A stretch of 41,901 nt of DNA from an uncultured bacterium (GTDB taxonomy: Bacteria; Chlamydiota; Chlamydiia; Chlamydiales; SM23-39), in the NCBI GenBank assembly GCA_964618335.1, contig CAZTYI010000002.1:1-41901 (forward strand). Direction: 5' to 3'. This document shows, piece by piece, positions 6,334 through 12,963 of the stretch (position 1 is the first letter of the stretch; every line of letters begins with the position of its first letter). The position numbers and the translations under genes were made by a program. The notes beneath the pieces are model-generated. The model ran no database searches. It had not been told where the DNA came from and worked only from the letters and a program-made list of their open reading frames with translations.

Positions 6334-8256
6334 TTATTTGTTTAAATCGAGCAACCCATTAGGTTTGCTCGATTTTTTCTTTTTAGGGTTTATTAACTTT
6401 TCTTCTAGATCAATCCAAATAGGAGAGCCCCAAGCTATTTCTCCATCTTCTTGCACAGCACGCAGATAATAATAAACGAAAGGCGGTTTTTTATCTTTGG
6501 GATAAAAGACAATTTTATCTAAAAGCTCAGAATCATCCAAACTAAATTCGAAATAACTTTCTTTCGGGGTGAAATGAGCAAAGGTTTTGCCATTGCGAAA
6601 GATGGTTATATCTTTAATTGGTTTTTCTCCAGCGACAAATCCTGTAATAAAACGATTATAAAAGAGTCCCGGCTTAGTTTGAGTAGAAAGCTCACTGCCC
6701 ATAGGCCCAGAGGCAATGTTGAAGCCCAGCACAATTTTAGCGCCAGTCGTAGCATAACAACGGCGGTTGTAAAGTGCTTCAAAAAGATTGTCTCTAGTTT
6801 GGGTGGTAGCATAAATGGCAGTTAAGCCTGGAGAATATTGCGTCTGGTTGCTTTCATAAAAACCATTAAAAATATCACGATCATCTAGTCCGCCAGCAAC
6901 AAAGCCAAAACGGCAGTTTTTATCCAGCGCTTTTTGAATAGATCCTTCGTTAAATTCTTTTGTTAGTTTGCCTGAAATTGGTTTTAAGTTTTCTTTATTG
7001 CTAGTTTCTGATGAGCCCCATGCATTATAAATCTCGACCACTCTTTCAAAATCAATATTGAATTCTTTAAAATCAAAACCAGTTTTTTCATTCATCGTAA
7101 ACATAGGAATTGAGATCAGATCTTTGGCAGAAGTAGTTTTATAGATTTTTTTAAGTGCATTAGTTTTTAAGTCTTTTTTACGCATAAAAGAACGGTTGTC
7201 TTTTGAGAAGACAAATTGCCGAGTTCCTTCTTCAATGGGCTGACCTACCCAGATTTGACCTGGAAAAGAGACGAAACGTTCATCTTCGTTGAATTCTGCA
7301 ATTTGAGCAGAAGCCATCTTCCAAATTTCTGATTTAGTTTCTTCTTCTTTATCAAAATAGGAAGCCGTATAAAAATGATAGCCCTTTTCATCTCGAAAAT
7401 ATTTTAAACAGTTTTCCAGAGCATTTTTGGAATCCATTTTTTCGGATTCTCCATGAAAAAGACCCCAGAAAAGACTCAAGTCAGATTCTGCAAAACATTT
7501 AATAGGAGAGGAAAAATAAATTTCTTGGGTGTTTAAGTTTTTAAGCTGAATTTTATAAACAGCTTCTTCATTGAAATATAGATTAGGTAAAGTAATAAAG
7601 CCTGTTTCCGGTACAAATAACTTCCAGTTTAGGTTTTCTCTTAGATTTTGATAGGAAAGTTCGATTAAAGTATTTTCCGGTGCTTTACAGGTTAGATTGC
7701 CAAATTCATCTTCGAAACGCACAATTATATCGAAGCGACGGTTTTTAGCGACTACAGAGGGAGCTAAAACTCGCAGGTTTTTTAAAGAACTACCCTTCAC
7801 ATCAAAGTGAAAATGATCAAATTCTTTATAATCGCCTTTGCCTTTGGGATCTATGTGCAGCAAAAAAGTTCTTTTTCGGGCTGTAAAAAGTTGGGCGCGA
7901 TTACCATTCTTATCTTTTGAAGCCAGAGGCGTTCCCATATAAATGATGAAATTTTCACCAGCTTTTAGATCTATTGGCAGCACGAATTCAAACTGAGCGC
8001 TTAAGCTTTGGGGATCTTCTAAAAATTGAGCTGTCAGTGTTTTTTTATTGGGCAGTTCAGCCCAAATGAGTTTTTTTTTTATTTTAAAGTCAGTCTGAGG
8101 TATTTCCCATTCTTGGGGACTACCGCAACTTAAAATATCAAATTTTAAAAGGGCACCCTTAGAAAGAGGGGAGGCAGCGGTATAAACAAATTTCCAAGTT
8201 GAAACTGCACCAGCTTCGGCATACCTTGGCTCTATAAAACAAATAGCTCTACGCAT
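6334..8256 (-). CDS. conserved hypothetical protein; the C-terminal half resembles PHP/DUF3604-type metallo-phosphoesterase folds, the N-terminal half is beta-rich
   Basis: 640-aa ORF. The C-terminal blocks LFEALYNRRCYATTGAKIVLGF and YYYLRAVQEDGEIAWGSPIWI recall DUF3604/CehA-type PHP proteins. The expected G-x-L-H-x-H-T metal motif appears as WGLFHGESE, which is degenerate. Confidence 0.45.
   Translation of the reverse strand: MRRAICFIEPRYAEAGAVSTWKFVYTAASPLSKGALLKFDILSCGSPQEWEIPQTDFKIKKKLIWAELPNKKTLTAQFLEDPQSLSAQFEFVLPIDLKAGENFIIYMGTPLASKDKNGNRAQLFTARKRTFLLHIDPKGKGDYKEFDHFHFDVKGSSLKNLRVLAPSVVAKNRRFDIIVRFEDEFGNLTCKAPENTLIELSYQNLRENLNWKLFVPETGFITLPNLYFNEEAVYKIQLKNLNTQEIYFSSPIKCFAESDLSLFWGLFHGESEKMDSKNALENCLKYFRDEKGYHFYTASYFDKEEETKSEIWKMASAQIAEFNEDERFVSFPGQIWVGQPIEEGTRQFVFSKDNRSFMRKKDLKTNALKKIYKTTSAKDLISIPMFTMNEKTGFDFKEFNIDFERVVEIYNAWGSSETSNKENLKPISGKLTKEFNEGSIQKALDKNCRFGFVAGGLDDRDIFNGFYESNQTQYSPGLTAIYATTQTRDNLFEALYNRRCYATTGAKIVLGFNIASGPMGSELSTQTKPGLFYNRFITGFVAGEKPIKDITIFRNGKTFAHFTPKESYFEFSLDDSELLDKIVFYPKDKKPPFVYYYLRAVQEDGEIAWGSPIWIDLEEKLINPKKKKSSKPNGLLDLNK
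6344..6378 (+). terminator. rho-independent terminator after the micro-gene, lying inside the 3' end of the convergent 640-aa gene
   Basis: 11-bp perfect stem (6344-6354 aaatcgagcaa with 6365-6375 ttgctcgattt), 10-nt loop, T-run 6373-6378. Confidence 0.6.
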
Positions 8257-8297
8257 TGAATAAAAGCTCCTTTAATCCTGCTATTTTGCAAGAATAG

Positions 8298-9521
8298 CTA
8301 TTCTTTTGCAATTTTTTCTTTTTTATCTAGAAGAGGGATGACTCTCAGTTTTTCTAAACAGCGCTCAGATGAGATAAGTACTTCAATTTCAAATTCATCT
8401 AAACAAAGAGACCAACCTTTTTGAGGGATATTACCGGATTTATGAAAAAGAAAACCTCCAATGGTTTCATATTCGGGGCTATGGGGAATACGAATGCCGA
8501 TTTTTTTCTCAATGTCAATAATAGAGACTTTGGCATCGACAATCCAACTACCACCTGGTAATTTCCAAAAACCCTCTTCTTCTTCAATGTCATATTCATC
8601 TTTAATCTCTCCGACCAACTCTTCGAGAATATCTTCAATCGTAATAATACCTTCGGTACTGCCATATTCGTTGACGATGATAGCTAAATGAGATTGTTGC
8701 TTTCTTAAATCTTGAAAAAGGGCTGAAATCTTTTTATTTTCTGGAACATAAATAACTGGTTTTAAAAGCATTTCGATGGTCTCGTTGAGAAGGGAGGGGC
8801 TGTCTTGAGCCTGAATAAACACTTTTAAGAGGTCTTTATACAAAAGAAAACCGACAATATTATCCAGATCAGTGCCATAGACAGGAACCCGGCTGTAACC
8901 CTCATGTAGAATGGCTTTTGCGGCTTTTTTAATAGAGGTATTCAGTTGTAAAGAAAAAGTTTTTATACGGGGAATCATGACTTCTCTAACGTCTTTGTCG
9001 TTAAAAGTAGAAAGAGCTGCGAATAATTTCTCATCGTAATCGCCCATGATCAAATGCTGTAGCTTGCTTTTAAACTTATTTTTAGATTTTTTTTGCATGC
9101 GATAATTGATCCGGCGATAAAGAGCTAAAAAAGGAGCGGTCAGTGGAAAAAAAAGATAAAAAATGAAAAGAGCTGTAGGCATAGTTAAAGCAAATAATTT
9201 TTTAGACATAAAATTAGTAGCTAAATAAGAGAGATAGGTCAAAAGCAAAAAAACTGCAAAGATGCTAACAATAGATAAAAATGGCTGAGCTAAGAGGAAA
9301 AGAAAAGCACTAAAAGTTAGTACAGTCTTGACTAGCCGTAATTGAAAAAGAGTTTGCTCGAATAGAGGAAAAGTTAAAAAGTGTTTTTCAAAGAAAGCAA
9401 ACATTTTATTGTGATGGCTGAATTGCTGAAGTTCGCCTTTTTTGGATAGCAAAAGAGTATGGGAAAAAGAAGATACACAGATGCCCCCTAGAAAAAATAA
9501 AAAAGAGCCGATTATTGCCAT
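8298..9521 (-). CDS. CBS-pair / CorC_HlyC domain membrane protein (TlyC/CorC-like)
   Basis: N-terminal TM helices, a CBS pair (VREVMIPR..., HLAIIVNEYGSTEGIITIEDILEELVGEI) and a C-terminal CorC_HlyC block (ETIGGFLFHKSGNIPQKG). It lies immediately downstream of ybeY, as in many bacteria. Confidence 0.85.
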   Translation of the reverse strand: MAIIGSFLFFLGGICVSSFSHTLLLSKKGELQQFSHHNKMFAFFEKHFLTFPLFEQTLFQLRLVKTVLTFSAFLFLLAQPFLSIVSIFAVFLLLTYLSYLATNFMSKKLFALTMPTALFIFYLFFPLTAPFLALYRRINYRMQKKSKNKFKSKLQHLIMGDYDEKLFAALSTFNDKDVREVMIPRIKTFSLQLNTSIKKAAKAILHEGYSRVPVYGTDLDNIVGFLLYKDLLKVFIQAQDSPSLLNETIEMLLKPVIYVPENKKISALFQDLRKQQSHLAIIVNEYGSTEGIITIEDILEELVGEIKDEYDIEEEEGFWKLPGGSWIVDAKVSIIDIEKKIGIRIPHSPEYETIGGFLFHKSGNIPQKGWSLCLDEFEIEVLISSERCLEKLRVIPLLDKKEKIAKE

Positions 9522-9976
9522 GTTTTTAACTGTACTTTTGAAAGGCCTAATAAATTTGTTTTTAGTAACTTCATACCCTCTTTTTCCTTTTTTTGCATGA
9601 GGATTTTTTCTTTTTGAGGGGAGTCTTTAAAACCTATCAAATGCAATAGAGCGTGAACAACATAAAGCAGTGTTTCATCATAGGGGTTTAAAGCATTCTT
9701 TTCAGCATATTCAATGGCTACTTGAGGACAAATAAAAACTTCTCCTAAAAAGCCCGGTTTTTTCGGTGAATCTAAAGGAAAGCTTAAACAGTCGGTGGAA
9801 GAGGGATCTTTAAAATATTTCCCGTGCAACCTTTGAATCTCTTTTTTTTCGATAAAATAAAGAGCTACTTCAATACTTTTCACTCTTTGTTTTTTTAAAA
9901 AAAAAGCTACTGCTTTTTTAGTGAGTAGAGAATTGATAGCGAGGTCTTTTTGACGGTTAAATAAATGGACTTTCAC
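9512..9976 (-). CDS. ybeY: rRNA maturation endoribonuclease YbeY
   Basis: 154 aa with the zinc motif HALLHLIGFKD. GTG start. It overlaps the CBS gene by 10 nt. Confidence 0.88.
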   Translation of the reverse strand: MKVHLFNRQKDLAINSLLTKKAVAFFLKKQRVKSIEVALYFIEKKEIQRLHGKYFKDPSSTDCLSFPLDSPKKPGFLGEVFICPQVAIEYAEKNALNPYDETLLYVVHALLHLIGFKDSPQKEKILMQKKEKEGMKLLKTNLLGLSKVQLKTWQ

Positions 9977-9977
9977 T

Positions 9978-10139
9978 TTACTTTTTGATAAGCGTTTTAG
10001 GCAAACCTGTAACTCTTTTATTTTCGCCGTCTTTCCATTTGCCCATGTCTCTTAAAACCTCAATCCTTTCAAAACGCTTTAATACATTGCGTTTTTTCTC
10101 TTGTTTACTGGCTTTTCCGTAGCTTTGATGTCTAGTCAT
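9978..10139 (-). CDS. 53-aa small basic protein of the type conserved in Planctomycetes-Verrucomicrobia-Chlamydiae
   Basis: Not in the ORF track. Translation is MTRHQSYGKASKQEKKRNVLKRFERIEVLRDMGKWKDGENKRVTGLPKTLIKK. The RNVLKRFER...GKW...GLPKT pattern matches my memory of a PVC-restricted small basic protein family, which I cannot verify here. The stop lies 1 nt before the ybeY start. Confidence 0.6.
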   Translation of the reverse strand: MTRHQSYGKASKQEKKRNVLKRFERIEVLRDMGKWKDGENKRVTGLPKTLIKK

Positions 10140-10156
10140 ATTGAACTGTTCCTGTT

Positions 10157-10336
10157 TTAAAGAGCTTTTCCTGATTTAATTTTAGGAATAAAAGCATAAA
10201 TTTTTTGATCTTCCAGAGCATTTACATGGATTTTAGGCCCTTTTTGGGGAAGGGGTCCAGTTTTCTTAGTAATGATTTTTTTTCTTTTCTTAGGGCAGAT
10301 ATGCCTTCTTTCTTCTTGTTTACTAACGCGGCTCAT
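10157..10336 (-). CDS. 59-aa basic hypothetical protein
   Basis: The internal ATG at 10336 has a good RBS (gaaggagaaatt ATG). Translation is MSRVSKQEERRHICPKKRKKIITKKTGPLPQKGPKIHVNALEDQKIYAFIPKIKSGKAL. The track's 78-aa version adds an implausible hydrophobic leader. Confidence 0.5.
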   Translation of the reverse strand: MSRVSKQEERRHICPKKRKKIITKKTGPLPQKGPKIHVNALEDQKIYAFIPKIKSGKAL

Positions 10337-10394
10337 AATTTCTCCTTCAAATAAGATAGCCAAGATTATAAGTAGAAAAAAATAAAGAAACAAC

Positions 10395-10437
10395 TATTTT
10401 TGCTTGAATTTACGCTTATTTTGCTTGAATTTGCGCT
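10395..10437. repeat. tandem duplication of 21-22 bp spanning the holC-like stop codon
   Basis: tatttttgcttgaatttacgc (10395-10415) is followed by tattttgcttgaatttgcgc (10417-10436), i.e. two copies differing by one substitution and one T indel. The second copy encodes the C-terminal QIQAK plus the stop. Confidence 0.7.
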
Positions 10438-10814
10438 TTTAAATTGTGGTAGAAAGTAAATTTTTTTTTGGAAAGGGCTTTTTTCTTCCAGTTACTGCCA
10501 TCGTCAAACTCGTAAATAACCTGAAATTCAGTAGGGTCTAATGGATCGGATGTCAAATTAAAAATATGTTTAGCGTTGTTTAAAGGCTCTTTTTGAGGCG
10601 AAATGATAATCAGCTCTTCCGTTGGTCCTTCTGGAACGGTATGAGGCAAAAAAGCGGCATTCTGCCAAAGTAGCTGATCTAGAAACTGTTCGCTTTTCTT
10701 ATCAGAAACTAAAAAAACTAGAGCTTTTTGCTTTTCAAAATGTTCTTTGGCGCATTTCACCAGCTTAACTAGTTTGTCCAGCGGTTTTTTAACATTGAAA
10801 AAGACTACTTTCAT
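10416..10814 (-). CDS. holC: DNA polymerase III chi subunit-like protein
   Basis: 132 aa. The pattern VVFFNV...KALVFLVSDKKSEQFLDQLLWQNAAFLPH...IFNL...FQVIYEF parallels E. coli HolC (VLIACEDEKQAYRLDEALW...FVPH). Confidence 0.6.
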   Translation of the reverse strand: MKVVFFNVKKPLDKLVKLVKCAKEHFEKQKALVFLVSDKKSEQFLDQLLWQNAAFLPHTVPEGPTEELIIISPQKEPLNNAKHIFNLTSDPLDPTEFQVIYEFDDGSNWKKKALSKKKFTFYHNLKAQIQAK

Positions 10815-10856
10815 GGTTGCTTATCTTTGGAAGCTGTTTTTGACAGTTTGTTGTTT

Positions 10857-11516
10857 TTATTTTTTTCTTTTTTTATGTTCTTCTTCTTTATCCTGAGGAA
10901 TTACTTTGTCCTGAGGAACCACGGCCCCGCAAGAAACAATAAACTGTACAGCTTTTTCCCGACTTAAATCAACTGCTTTAATTAAACGCTTAGGCACAAA
11001 CAGCATAAAGCCTGTAATAGGATAGGGAGCCGCTGGAATAAAGACCGGCTCGGTATCTTCTTTCAATTTTTCTTGGCATTCCTGAGGTACTTCTCCAGAA
11101 GCAAAGCCTAGACTGTAGCTAGGAGGAGAGGGAAAAGGAAAACGCACTACCTGTTTAAAAGCTTTTTTATCTGAAGAGAGAAAAGAATCGGTGATATTTT
11201 GGATAGTATGGTAAATACCGCGTAGAAAAGGTATTTTGGCTAACAGCTTGTTAGTTACATGCATTAGTTTTTTAAACAGAAATAAACGACCGAGAAGACC
11301 CAGTAAAAAAATAAAGACAATAAAAAAGGCAATGATGATCAAACGAGCAATAAAAGTAATCAAAGGCTCTGGCCAATTTAAGTGCAGCTTACTTAAAAAA
11401 GCGCTCATAAAGCCTAAAAAAGGCGAGGTAAAAAAATTAAAGAAAAAAGACAAAATCATGAGCGTCACAGCGATCGGCAGCAAAACAATCAGGCCGGTCA
11501 TAAAATACTTTTTCAT
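10857..11516 (-). CDS. DUF502-family membrane protein, copy B
   Basis: Two N-terminal TM helices and the motifs FKQVVRFPFPSPPSYSLGFASGE and FIPAAPYPITGFMLFVP. Confidence 0.82.
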   Translation of the reverse strand: MKKYFMTGLIVLLPIAVTLMILSFFFNFFTSPFLGFMSAFLSKLHLNWPEPLITFIARLIIIAFFIVFIFLLGLLGRLFLFKKLMHVTNKLLAKIPFLRGIYHTIQNITDSFLSSDKKAFKQVVRFPFPSPPSYSLGFASGEVPQECQEKLKEDTEPVFIPAAPYPITGFMLFVPKRLIKAVDLSREKAVQFIVSCGAVVPQDKVIPQDKEEEHKKRKK

Positions 11517-12157
11517 GACTCCTCTCTTTTTTTAGGTATGACGACACCGCAGGAAACTATGTATTTAATCGCTTCATCTCTTCTCATATTTAGAAAAATC
11601 AGATCATGTTTTTTAAATAGCAGAATAAAACCGGTAGTTGGATTGGGAGTAGTTGGCACTAGCACGGAGATTAATTCATCGTCTAGATCGTCGTTACAGG
11701 TTTTAGGAGCTTCTCTAGCTACTAAACCAAGGCAATAGACCTCTGGATAAGGAAAGGGTGCTAAAACAACCTGTTTGAATGAACCTTTATTAGTTACAAA
11801 CAGCGTTTTGACAATTTCTTGAGAAGTTTTATAAAACTTATTGATCAGTGGAATTTTTTTAATAAAAAAATCGCCTATTTTAAAAAGTGCATCTACGAAG
11901 AAAGAACGGGCGATAAAGCCTAGGAAGATAATAAATAGAACCAGCATGCAAAGGATAATGATTGGGCTTCCATAAAGGATGATTTGATCATGTGATAAAA
12001 AACCAAAGCCTAGATCATGAATTTGCAGATTGGTTAGGAATTTCACGACAGCACTAGTAAAAGGCTTAGTCAGAAAACGGACGATAAAAGAGATGATCCA
12101 AATTGTGACGGCTGCTGGCAGCAGAATAACGATGCCTGAGATAAAGTATTTTTTCAT
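11513..12157 (-). CDS. DUF502-family membrane protein, copy A (tandem paralogue)
   Basis: Same architecture as copy B: FKQVVLAPFPYPEVYCLGLVARE and LVPTTPNPTTGFILLF. It has a 4-nt ATGA overlap with copy B. Confidence 0.82.
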   Translation of the reverse strand: MKKYFISGIVILLPAAVTIWIISFIVRFLTKPFTSAVVKFLTNLQIHDLGFGFLSHDQIILYGSPIIILCMLVLFIIFLGFIARSFFVDALFKIGDFFIKKIPLINKFYKTSQEIVKTLFVTNKGSFKQVVLAPFPYPEVYCLGLVAREAPKTCNDDLDDELISVLVPTTPNPTTGFILLFKKHDLIFLNMRRDEAIKYIVSCGVVIPKKREES

Positions 12158-12240
12158 GACACAACGCCTTTAAAGTCAGTATAAACAAGCGGTGGCAATT
12201 GTGCTATTATTTTATTGGTTTTTTAGATTTTTATTTGGAT

Positions 12241-12963
12241 TTATGACTTAGCTTTAGAACACCAAGGATTATTTCTAATTCTAAAGCGCCAGGGCAAAAG
12301 AGCGTCTTCTTCAGCATAAGCAATCCCCACTCTAGGAGAGCTGATAATGTCTTCTTTTAAAAGAAGTTGTTTTTGATTTGAAATCAGACTTTTTTGATCT
12401 TCTTGTATGTTTTTTTGAGTATTTTGATTCTGTAGAAAACTTTCTTCCAACCAAAGAGTAGAACTGCTCAGACTTTGACCATTTTGTTTCATGGTCAAAC
12501 CTAGTGCTCTGGTTAAGCTACCGGGTCCGGAAGTCAACTGATAAGATAGTTTTTTCATGTTCCGTCTTTTGAGCATGGTTTTAATTCCACAAACTGGCTC
12601 AATAGCTCTGATCAAAACCGCCTGCGGATCATCTTTTGATCCAGTCACAATATTGAAAAGATGGTGTATGCCATAGCAAAGATAAACATAAGCAATGCCA
12701 CCTGCTTGATACATTGTTTCGTTTCTGGCCGTTCTTCTGCCTCCATAGGAATGCGAGGCCTTATCTTTGAGGCCGGCATAGGCTTCTGTTTCAACGATCT
12801 TTCCGCCTGTGATCTGGCCGTTGATTTTGGTAAATAAGTATTTTCCTAAAAGAGACTTTGCTATTTCTATGACATCTTCTTTTTGGTAAAAAGAGAGCTC
12901 TAATTTAATTCTATGATTAGATTTTAAGAATTGAGACTTTTTTAAATTTAATGCAGTTTCCAT
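12241..12963 (-). CDS. mpg: DNA-3-methyladenine glycosylase (AAG/Mpg family)
   Basis: Motifs are GKIVETEAYAG, ASHSYGGRRTARNETMY, YVYLCYGIHHLFNIVTG, VLIRAIEP and C-terminal PWRF. It carries a Gln/Asn-rich insert of about 30 aa and overlaps the rnr 3' end by 16 nt. Confidence 0.88.
   Translation of the reverse strand: METALNLKKSQFLKSNHRIKLELSFYQKEDVIEIAKSLLGKYLFTKINGQITGGKIVETEAYAGLKDKASHSYGGRRTARNETMYQAGGIAYVYLCYGIHHLFNIVTGSKDDPQAVLIRAIEPVCGIKTMLKRRNMKKLSYQLTSGPGSLTRALGLTMKQNGQSLSSSTLWLEESFLQNQNTQKNIQEDQKSLISNQKQLLLKEDIISSPRVGIAYAEEDALLPWRFRIRNNPWCSKAKS

Noticed and set aside
10337-10393. N-terminal 19-residue extension (MFLYFFLLIILAILFEGEI) of the 78-aa track ORF
   Set aside because: The internal ATG at 10336 has a gaaggag RBS at good spacing. 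The extension is translated from AT-rich intergenic DNA that includes the tandem duplication region.
11236-11738. Two plus-strand ORFs (99 and 66 aa) antisense to the DUF502 genes
   Set aside because: They are Lys-rich mirror-frame artefacts of AT-rich coding DNA. Both DUF502 frames carry family motifs.
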